DNA of 64,000 nt from Saccharospirillaceae bacterium. GTDB taxonomy: Bacteria; Pseudomonadota; Gammaproteobacteria; Pseudomonadales; Oceanobacteraceae. The notes beneath the pieces are model-generated. The model did no database searches, was not told where the DNA came from, and worked only from the letters and a program-made list of their open reading frames with translations. The DNA lies in the NCBI GenBank assembly GCA_022448365.1, contig JAKVCS010000004.1, positions 544,458 through 608,457 on the forward strand, given 5' to 3'. The first letter of the stretch is position 1. Each line of letters begins with the position of its first letter. A program made the position numbers and the translations under genes. Shown piece after piece: positions 19,634-27,368 of the stretch.

Positions 19634-19649
19634 ATGTACAAAAATACAG
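19634..19649. promoter_or_regulatory. Possible LexA (SOS) box, one mismatch
   Basis: ATGTACAAAAATACAG versus CTG-N10-CAG; it also contains TGTACA, so it could instead be a LitR-type site. Confidence 0.4.
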
Positions 19650-19877
19650 TATTCCTGAGTATGTAAGATACTGTGAACACAATGTAAAACCCATTTTTTT
19701 GACGCCTGTCTAACCTAGCAAACCGGGGTTTTTGAAGACTATTACCGACAAATTTCTGCCGTTTTTGAGCGCTTACAAAAAGACTGTAGTTTTGTGTTAT
19801 TTCGCATTGCGGTGCGGATTAGGAGAAGCTAAACCTAAAGATAATTAAGTTGTTACCGATACAGGTTTATTTCCCCT

Positions 19878-20207
19878 ATGAGCATCAGTCGTCAAACTCT
19901 TGAACAAAATTTGTACGAATTCGATCAGGGATATCGCGTTACCTATGTGAACTTCTCACGGGCTAACGAACTAACGGATGCGCAATTAATTCTGACCCTG
20001 GAACGGGATTGCGAGCGTAAAACGTTTGCGTTCTCTCAACCACAGTTCAGTGATGTGAATAAAAATCTGGTTGCCAGCCACGGAATCTACATTGCGGCAA
20101 TCAAAAGTTCACCGCTATCACCCAATCGCATTGAGGTCGGTGATTCCGAGGGCGGATTTGCCTATTTTACGGCAAAGAATGTAAAAAATATTACGCCTGC
20201 CGCCTGA
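19878..20207 (+). CDS. Hypothetical protein, 109 aa
   Basis: Only substantial ORF in an AT-rich gap, with plausible globular composition and a terminator downstream; no family recognised. Confidence 0.7.
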   Translation: MSISRQTLEQNLYEFDQGYRVTYVNFSRANELTDAQLILTLERDCERKTFAFSQPQFSDVNKNLVASHGIYIAAIKSSPLSPNRIEVGDSEGGFAYFTAKNVKNITPAA

Positions 20208-20273
20208 TATGAGGTTCCGGAAAAGGATTCCGGTACCTACAGAATAAAGCACCCAGTAGGTTAGCACCCAGTG

Positions 20274-20305
20274 AAAAGCCCGACAGAGATGTCGGGCTTT
20301 TTTTT
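20274..20305 (+). terminator. Rho-independent terminator
   Basis: AAAAGCCCGACA-gaga-TGTCGGGCTTTT followed by additional T residues. Confidence 0.9.
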
Positions 20306-20388
20306 GCGATTTTTAGAATTGAATTGAGCGAATATGTGATTTATATCCTTTATACTAAAGCGGATTATTTCCAGTAAGGTTGCGTGTT

Positions 20389-20724
20389 ATGACGATTAAA
20401 ATCAGTGCATTAAAAAAGCGGGATCATATTGAAAAGGTGATCATACATTCTCTTGATTTATGCTTGTATCAGGCTTCCGCTATTATTGATGATAAAGAAG
20501 AATTTATCACTGACGACAAAGGTAAACTACTGCGCAGTCACAGTGTTTTATCCTTTCAGGCAATGTTCGAGAAATACCCGATTAAAAACCTGGTGGTGCG
20601 TCATACCAGTGCTTACGATGAAATGGTGGGGCAACCAGTGCGTGAGGGCAGCAATGCGATTGAAGTGCCATTTGGCAGGAATCAGCTTGGCAATCCTAAA
20701 GGCGTTACCAGTACTGAGCATTAA
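20389..20724 (+). CDS. Small conserved protein, probably DUF6482 family
   Basis: VIIHSLDLCLYQA and VVRHTSAYDEMVGQP motifs; AAGG lies ~9 nt before ATG 20389. Confidence 0.7.
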   Translation: MTIKISALKKRDHIEKVIIHSLDLCLYQASAIIDDKEEFITDDKGKLLRSHSVLSFQAMFEKYPIKNLVVRHTSAYDEMVGQPVREGSNAIEVPFGRNQLGNPKGVTSTEH

Positions 20725-20746
20725 ATCGTCTCGCAGATGACAATGA

Positions 20747-22273
20747 TCAGAATAATGTCATTTGCTGGGAATTGCTTTGACGATTACTCTTTGCTCGACG
20801 ACGGCTCTGCTTTTTTCGAGAGCCGTGTTTTTCCCCTATTTGATTAGCTTGTTGACGAAAGTCTGTGTCTCTTACGCTGTTAATAAATTGGCGTGCTGTT
20901 CGACACGCCTCACTGAAATCAACAAGTGGTGGTGGATAGTGCCTGCCCAGAACACAGCCTGATGACTGTTGCAGTTTTTCGGGCATCAACCAAGGTTGAT
21001 GAATCCAACTGTTGGGTACGTTGCGTAACTCCGGCAACCACTGACGAATAAACGTACCAGAGGGGTCCAGTTTCTGTGCCTGCAGAGTAGGGTTATAAAT
21101 CCTGGGGATATTAATGCCGGTTGTTCCGGCCTGCATTTGGGCTTGTGGATAATGAATACCGGGTTCGTAATCAACGAATAGCTGGGCCAGAAAGGGAGCG
21201 GTAACCTGCCAGGGAAGCCACAAAGGGTAACTGGCGACCGACATTAACATGGCGCGCATACGAAAGTTAATCCAGCCATGATGGTGTAAATAGCGCATAC
21301 ACGCGTCCACCATTGGCCAACCCGTATTACCGGTTTTCCAGGCTACCAACCACTGTGGATTATAATGCTGGCGTAATTCGTTATACGCAGAGTGCAGATT
21401 ACGCCACTCCATATCCGGTTGATCTTCCAGCTTTTGAATAAAATGGCAGTGCCACCAAAGGCGACTTTCAAAGGCTTTTAAACTGTTTTTCCAATAACGT
21501 GTGGGCTGCTTCTGATGAGCTAGCTGCACCGCAGTTAATACTTCGCGCATGCTCAAACAACCGTAGGCCAGATACGGGCTCAGTCGAGAGCACGCGTGTT
21601 CAGCAGAAATTGGAGAACTGATCGACGAACGATAAAATTCACCGCGTTGCTGCAGAAAACTGTTTAATAATGCCAGACCCTGTTGCCGCCCACCATGTTG
21701 GCGTCCCGGACAGGGCAGCTGCAGCTTGCCATAATCCTGATTTATTTCGGCCAGCGGTAATTTGCAATCTCCGGTAAAGGCATGCCAATTAATGGCACTT
21801 ATCGTGGAGTGATCAGTCGGTTGAACGGCTGGCTGCTGCATAAAACGTTGCCAGTTTTTTGCCCAATGATCACGTCCGGGGTTGGGTCGAAGTACACCGA
21901 ATTGCTGGTATTGTTGCCAGTTAATCTGATGTTGCCGACACCATGCAGCGACCTGGATATCACGCTGATAGGTCCAGTTATTGCCGGTTTCCTGGTGGCT
22001 GTGCAGAGTAAATTGTCCGAGTACAGTTTTTAACTGCGCTAATAACGGAACCACATTACCCTGAAATATCTGTAGGCGGCCATCCAGTTCGTTACTCAGA
22101 TCCTGTAACGATTCTCTGACAAATTGCCATTGCCGTACGCTGGTGTCGGCTAACTGCCAATAATCCGGTTCGAGACAATAAAATGCCAATACCGGTCCTG
22201 CTTGAGCTGCCTGATGAAGTGCCTGATGATCGGTACTGCGAAGATCTCGTTTAAACCAAACCAGTTGCAGCAT
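20747..22273 (-). CDS. Photolyase/cryptochrome-family protein of the Vibrio Cry2 / ssDNA-photolyase-like type
   Basis: LVWFKRDLR, SSPISAEHACSRLSPYL, GWINFRMRAML and DYEPGIHYPQAQMQAGTTGINIPRIYNP motifs. Confidence 0.85.
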   Translation of the reverse strand: MLQLVWFKRDLRSTDHQALHQAAQAGPVLAFYCLEPDYWQLADTSVRQWQFVRESLQDLSNELDGRLQIFQGNVVPLLAQLKTVLGQFTLHSHQETGNNWTYQRDIQVAAWCRQHQINWQQYQQFGVLRPNPGRDHWAKNWQRFMQQPAVQPTDHSTISAINWHAFTGDCKLPLAEINQDYGKLQLPCPGRQHGGRQQGLALLNSFLQQRGEFYRSSISSPISAEHACSRLSPYLAYGCLSMREVLTAVQLAHQKQPTRYWKNSLKAFESRLWWHCHFIQKLEDQPDMEWRNLHSAYNELRQHYNPQWLVAWKTGNTGWPMVDACMRYLHHHGWINFRMRAMLMSVASYPLWLPWQVTAPFLAQLFVDYEPGIHYPQAQMQAGTTGINIPRIYNPTLQAQKLDPSGTFIRQWLPELRNVPNSWIHQPWLMPEKLQQSSGCVLGRHYPPPLVDFSEACRTARQFINSVRDTDFRQQANQIGEKHGSRKKQSRRRAKSNRQSNSQQMTLF

Positions 22274-23708
22274 CTTTTTCGGTCGCTATCGGAGCTGGAT
22301 AATCGGGTAGCAGTTTATCGCCACGGCTATGCTGCTGAATATCTTTGAGACTGTATTGTGCTAACTTTGGCAGCCAGAGTTTGATATGAGTCAGCTCCGG
22401 ATCGTAATTCTGCAACTGGAAATTAATGTTGAAGATACGGCCTTTGCCCGGACTGCTTCTGGGGTCCTGGCCAACGCCTGCCAGATAGGCCCAATTTCCC
22501 CAATTACTGGCGACGTCATAATCCAGTAAATGTCGCTCGAAAAAAGCAGCACCCAGACGCCAGTCGAGCTTGAGATACTGAATAAAATAGCTGGCTAGAT
22601 TTTGTCGCATGCGATTAGAGCTGTAGCCGGTGGTTATTAACTCTTTGATACCTGCATCAATTAAAGGCACACCGGTCTCGGCCTTCACCCATTGCTGCCA
22701 GTGACTGGCATTAAATGGCGGGGGGGTGAGAGGTTCTTGTTTCAGCCCCTGGTAGCGAAAAAACTTACGGCCGTAAATTCGCATGCTCCAGTGAAAATAT
22801 TCACGCCACAGTAATTCTTGTTTAAACCATTGGCTGTGTTCATTTTCACCATGTTGTTGCTCCCAACGTTCGGTCTCATGCCAGACGTTGCGCACAGACA
22901 ATGCCCCCCATGCCAGGTGAGCGCTGAGTTGTGAGGAAAAATTTAATCCACACAGCTGATTGCGACTGTCTTTATAGTGCAACAGACCGCGCGCCTGCCA
23001 AAGGTACGATGACAGATGAGCAAGACCGGCGTTTTCGCCGCCAATCAGATTGAACGACTGCCCTGGGTCCTGGTTGGCGCTGTTAGCCGTGGTGTTAAAG
23101 TCATTGTGCCAGGGAATTGAAGGAATTCGTCCATCGAAGTGATCGGAAAGATGGCTGATGGTTACCGGCGGTTTTGGTGCATCGGGGGTGATGGATTGTT
23201 TTTCAATTTTTCGACGGAATGCACTGAAAGAGGTTGGCCAGCGTTCAAATAAATGACCGATCTGTTGTCCCTCGAACAACGTTTGGTTGTTATACAGCGT
23301 TAGCGCTATGTTCTGTTGCTCCAGCTGTTCCAGCCAATGACTCTCCTCTGGTGCTTGAGCATGTTGAGTAAATACCTGCTGCATACCTTGTTTTTTCCAG
23401 TCACGGAATAATTCAGCAGGCTGCTGATAAACCATTTTAAAATCGATGTTCTGCAGTGCCAGTTGCCGTTGTAAATCAATTAAGCAGGCACGCAAAAAAC
23501 GTGCTTTTGCCAGTCCAATCCGGCCGGTATCTGCTTTACACTGAGGCCGGACAGTTGAAGTAAAAGGTGTTTCTTCATCCACGTTAAGCCAGAACGGCGG
23601 CATAATGAAAACAACCCGCAATGGAAGTCCGGCTTGTTTGGCTAATGAAAACCCCGGGTTGTCGTTAAGACGCAAATCGTGACGTAACCAGATTACATTA
23701 AAATTCAT
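22251..23708 (-). CDS. Cryptochrome DASH
   Basis: WLRHDLRLNDN, GGENAGLAHLSSY, ELLWREYF, GYSSNRMRQNLAS and DYDVASNWGNWAYLAGVGQDPR motifs. Confidence 0.9.
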   Translation of the reverse strand: MNFNVIWLRHDLRLNDNPGFSLAKQAGLPLRVVFIMPPFWLNVDEETPFTSTVRPQCKADTGRIGLAKARFLRACLIDLQRQLALQNIDFKMVYQQPAELFRDWKKQGMQQVFTQHAQAPEESHWLEQLEQQNIALTLYNNQTLFEGQQIGHLFERWPTSFSAFRRKIEKQSITPDAPKPPVTISHLSDHFDGRIPSIPWHNDFNTTANSANQDPGQSFNLIGGENAGLAHLSSYLWQARGLLHYKDSRNQLCGLNFSSQLSAHLAWGALSVRNVWHETERWEQQHGENEHSQWFKQELLWREYFHWSMRIYGRKFFRYQGLKQEPLTPPPFNASHWQQWVKAETGVPLIDAGIKELITTGYSSNRMRQNLASYFIQYLKLDWRLGAAFFERHLLDYDVASNWGNWAYLAGVGQDPRSSPGKGRIFNINFQLQNYDPELTHIKLWLPKLAQYSLKDIQQHSRGDKLLPDYPAPIATEKDAATGLV

Positions 23709-23895
23709 CTTCGACCTGACCTGCCTGACATAAATTCGGTGTGACTGATTGAGTTTTTTGTTTCGATTTTCTGCGGCATGCGTCACTGCAATATTTCACT
23801 TCTTCCCAGCAACGAAGCCATTTTTTTCGCCAGGCAAAGGGTCGTTTGCATTGCTGACACATTTTCTCGGGTAGGTTTAATTTTTTATGAGCCAT
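23698..23895 (-). CDS. DUF2256-family small Cys-rich protein
   Basis: KKLNLPEKMCQQCKRPFAWRKKW...VKYCSDACR. Confidence 0.92.
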   Translation of the reverse strand: MAHKKLNLPEKMCQQCKRPFAWRKKWLRCWEEVKYCSDACRRKSKQKTQSVTPNLCQAGQVEDEF

Positions 23896-23897
23896 GG

Positions 23898-25427
23898 CTA
23901 AAGTGCCTCAATATGATCAAGAAGGTATTCGGCACGATTGATGATTGCCTGTTGTTTATCGTCGGCCATTTTTGCCCAGCTACGGTAGATCATGGCCATG
24001 CGTGGATTTTTCTCGAATTGTGGCCGATGCCTCTGAATAAAGTGCCAATACAGGCTGTTAAAAGGGCAGCTGTCTTCTTCGGTGGAAGTCTTTACGGAGT
24101 AACTGCAGTGTTTGCAGTAATCCGACATTTTATTAATGTAATTGCCTGATGCAGCATACGGTTTACTCGCCAGGCGACCACCGTCTGCATGCATTACCAT
24201 GCCCAGAGTATTCGGTAGTTCCACCCAGTCATACGCATCGGCATACACGGCCAGATACCAGTCGCAAACCTGCTGTGGCGTGATACCCGCCAGCAGTGAG
24301 AAATTGCCAGTGACCATCAAACGCTGAATATGATGGGCATAGGCATTACGAAAAGTATTTTCGAAACACTCGCTCATGCATTTCATACGCGTATTACCAT
24401 GCCAGAAATAGCCTGGCAGCTGGCGCTGGTTGTCCAGCTGATTTTGTTGTCCATAGTGCGGCATTAGCAGCCAGTAAATACCGCGTATATATTCACGCCA
24501 GCCAATGATCTGACGAATAAAGCCCTCTGCAGCGTTTAACGGAGCTTTGCCTTGCTGATAGGCCAGTTCCACTTGCTGGCAGACTTCCAGCGGTGTTAAT
24601 AAACCGCAATTCAGATAGGGTGAAATCAGGCTGTGGAATAAGGTGTGTTCCCCCATGACCATGGCGTCTTGATAATCGCCGTAATGTGGCAACCGATATT
24701 GAACAAAATGGCTGAGTTCGGCCAGTGCCTGCTCCCGGGTTGTGGCCCAGCTAAAGTGCTCCAGAGTACCGGGGTGTTGGGAAAACTCCTGTTCGACCAG
24801 CGCCATCACCTCGCGATCAATGTCATCGTGTTGGTGACAAATACGGGGAACGAGGGCCACCTCTCCTTTGTAGCGTTTGCGGTTATCCTGATCGAAATTC
24901 CATTGGCCTCCGCAGGGTTCGTCCTGCTCCATCAGTAGCCCGGTTTTGCGACGCATCTCACGGTAAAAGTACTCCATCCGCAGCTGCTTACGGCCGCTGG
25001 CCCAGTCACGGAATTCTTCCTGGGAGCTTATAAAGCGATCATCCTGATAACTTTCGACGGCCAGAGACAACTGATTCTGCCAATCTTCGTCGATGGTTTG
25101 TTGCAACCTGTACTCACCGCATTCAGTCACGACTACGGCCTCGATGTCGTGCTCAAAACAAACGGCTTGTATAACTTCTATCAACCGTGTGTGAGCGCTG
25201 TCTGACTGATATTTATGGTAATGAACACGCCATCCGGCTGCCTCGAGTTGCCTGCTGAAGTGTCGCATTGCACTGAACAACAGCGCTATTTTCTGCTTAT
25301 GATGAGGGACATATTGTGCTTCTTCGGCGACCTCGGCCATGACCAGCATGTCCTGCTCAGGATTCAGTGCCCGGAGACTGGCGAGGTTGGTTGTCAGTTG
25401 ATCAGCAAGTATCAGCCCAAGCTTCAT
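23898..25427 (-). CDS. Prokaryotic (6-4) photolyase / FeS-BCP (CryPro; Agrobacterium PhrB / Rhodobacter CryB type)
   Basis: LILADQL, HHKQKIALLFSAMRHF, LRMEYFYREMR, YAHHIQRLM and KPYAASGNYINKMSDYCKHC...CPFNSLYW, with the four 4Fe-4S Cys positions present. Confidence 0.93.
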   Translation of the reverse strand: MKLGLILADQLTTNLASLRALNPEQDMLVMAEVAEEAQYVPHHKQKIALLFSAMRHFSRQLEAAGWRVHYHKYQSDSAHTRLIEVIQAVCFEHDIEAVVVTECGEYRLQQTIDEDWQNQLSLAVESYQDDRFISSQEEFRDWASGRKQLRMEYFYREMRRKTGLLMEQDEPCGGQWNFDQDNRKRYKGEVALVPRICHQHDDIDREVMALVEQEFSQHPGTLEHFSWATTREQALAELSHFVQYRLPHYGDYQDAMVMGEHTLFHSLISPYLNCGLLTPLEVCQQVELAYQQGKAPLNAAEGFIRQIIGWREYIRGIYWLLMPHYGQQNQLDNQRQLPGYFWHGNTRMKCMSECFENTFRNAYAHHIQRLMVTGNFSLLAGITPQQVCDWYLAVYADAYDWVELPNTLGMVMHADGGRLASKPYAASGNYINKMSDYCKHCSYSVKTSTEEDSCPFNSLYWHFIQRHRPQFEKNPRMAMIYRSWAKMADDKQQAIINRAEYLLDHIEAL

Positions 25428-25447
25428 AACTCACTCTTGTATTAATG

Positions 25448-25486
25448 ATGTATAGGTAATGTATAGGTATTGGCTTTTTTAGTCCA
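25448..25486 (-). promoter_or_regulatory. Promoter of the cryptochrome/photolyase operon overlapped by a perfect 11-bp tandem repeat
   Basis: (ATGTATAGGTA)x2 at 25448-25469; minus strand has TGGACT (25481-25486), a 17-bp spacer and TACATT (25458-25463). Confidence 0.7.
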
Positions 25487-25596
25487 GAGTCCTGCGTCTG
25501 AGTCACCCTCTTTGTGATGGTGAAACTGTCCTTCCTGATAAATTTGACTTTTATCTATGACAGCCGGGCAGTAACCTAACGCCGTGATGATGAGAG

Positions 25597-27126
25597 GTGA
25601 CTATGTCTGAAGAAGTTCTGATAATTGCAGCCTATGGCGTGTTGGCGTTGCTTGGTGCGCTGGCCATTTTTCTACTGGCCACTCTGCTATGGCTGGTCAT
25701 GGCGTATTTGGTCGATGTAACCCAAACCCGTCATACCGTGAGACGGAATTTTCCGGTTATTGGTCGATTTCGTTATTTCTTTGAACATCTGGGGGAATTT
25801 TTCCGCCAGTATTTTTTTGCCATGGACCGTGAGGAAATGCCTTTCAACCGAGCTGAGCGTGGCTGGGCTTATAAAGCGGCCAAAAAGGTGAACACCACCG
25901 TCGCTTTTGGTTCCACCCGTCGACTGGATTTACCGGGTACCGTGTTGTTTGTGAACAGTCCATTCCCGGCATTAAAAAAGACATTTGCGGAACCGGCGGA
26001 AATCACTATTGGTGAAAACTGTAGGCATCCTTACACCACCAAGTCGCTGATTAATATTTCCGGGATGAGTTATGGTGCGCTGTCGAAACCGGCGGTTCGG
26101 GCATTGTCTCACGGTGCAAAACAAGCAGGTTGCTGGATCAACAGTGGTGAAGGTGGAGTTTCGCCTTATCACCTGGAGAGTGGCTGTGATCTGGTGGCCC
26201 AGATTGGTACCGCCAAATACGGTGTGCGTACGCCGCTGGGTGAACTGGACGAGGGGAAATTAGCCACCATTGCCGCCCATGAGCAGGTACGCATGTTTGA
26301 GATTAAATTGAGCCAGGGGGCAAAACCCGGTAAAGGTGGAATGTTACCGGGTGCTAAAGTCTCTGCTGAGATTGCGGCTATCCGCGGCATTCCCGAAGGC
26401 GAGGACTCCATCAGCCCGAACGGTCATCCGGATATCCGCTCGGTGGATGATTTGCTGGACATGATTGCCCGGCTGCGCGCGTTAACCGGTAAACCTGTGG
26501 GTTTTAAAACAGTACTCGGCGGCATGGATTGGATTCGCGACTTGTGTCACGAAATTATGCTGCGGGGCATTGACTCTGCGCCTGATTTTATCACGCTTGA
26601 CGGCGCCGAAGGTGGAACCGGTGCGGCACCACAGCCGCTGATGGATTATATGGGGCTGCCTTTAAATCAGGCGTTACCTATGTTGATCGATACGTTGGAT
26701 GAATTTAATTTGCGCCCGCGTATTCGTGTGATTGCCTCGGGTAAGTTGATTAATCCAGATCGGGTTGCCTGGGCTTTGTGTACGGGGGCGGACTTTGTCG
26801 TTTCGGCCCGTGGTTTTATGTTTGCGTTGGGTTGTATCCAGGCACTGCAGTGCAACTCGAATACCTGTCCGACCGGTATTACGACACACGACCCTAAATT
26901 GCAGAACGGCCTGGTGGTTAACGATAAGGCGCGTCGCGTCGCACAATACGTTGACTCCATGATTCAGGAGGTTGGGGTGATTGCGCATTCCTGCGGTGTT
27001 GATGAACCTCGTCGCTTGAAACGCACTCATGCCCGCATGGTTCAGCCCAGCGGTGCTGCCGTGTTGCTGTCGGATTTATACGCCAGTCACGATTTTCGAC
27101 CGGATGGCGACTTTCGTCATGGTTGA
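25597..27126 (+). CDS. FMN-binding glutamate-synthase-family protein (stand-alone COG0069 type, N-terminal membrane anchor)
   Basis: ISGMSYGALS, NSGEGG, EIKLSQGAKPGKGG, PVGFK, DGAEGGTGAAP and GCIQALQCNSNTCPTGITT motifs. Confidence 0.93.
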   Translation: MTMSEEVLIIAAYGVLALLGALAIFLLATLLWLVMAYLVDVTQTRHTVRRNFPVIGRFRYFFEHLGEFFRQYFFAMDREEMPFNRAERGWAYKAAKKVNTTVAFGSTRRLDLPGTVLFVNSPFPALKKTFAEPAEITIGENCRHPYTTKSLINISGMSYGALSKPAVRALSHGAKQAGCWINSGEGGVSPYHLESGCDLVAQIGTAKYGVRTPLGELDEGKLATIAAHEQVRMFEIKLSQGAKPGKGGMLPGAKVSAEIAAIRGIPEGEDSISPNGHPDIRSVDDLLDMIARLRALTGKPVGFKTVLGGMDWIRDLCHEIMLRGIDSAPDFITLDGAEGGTGAAPQPLMDYMGLPLNQALPMLIDTLDEFNLRPRIRVIASGKLINPDRVAWALCTGADFVVSARGFMFALGCIQALQCNSNTCPTGITTHDPKLQNGLVVNDKARRVAQYVDSMIQEVGVIAHSCGVDEPRRLKRTHARMVQPSGAAVLLSDLYASHDFRPDGDFRHG

Positions 27127-27368
27127 GTGACGTTATTGCGTGCTGTTAATTTAAATGTATATAACCGTAAGATATATAAACTCCAGTTTCGGTTCCGGGT
27201 TTACGTGTTGATTGTATGATGTGAGTTATTTACTGACAGTTACGTTATCAATTACTTTGTTGATTTATGTCATTTGCGGGTTTCTCTGCTGGAAGATGAT
27301 TGATTTGTCACTATAGTTGTCACACTAAGGAAAATTCGTGGCTATCTAAACATGTGGTATTCAGGATC

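Noticed and set aside
20209-20247. 12-codon mini-ORF MRFRKRIPVPTE
   Set aside because: No ribosome-binding site, and a length expected by chance; the region is better explained as RNA structure.
22720-22726. G7 run in Cry-DASH as a phase-variation tract
   Set aside because: It encodes a Pro-Pro stretch in a linker and is short; no further support.
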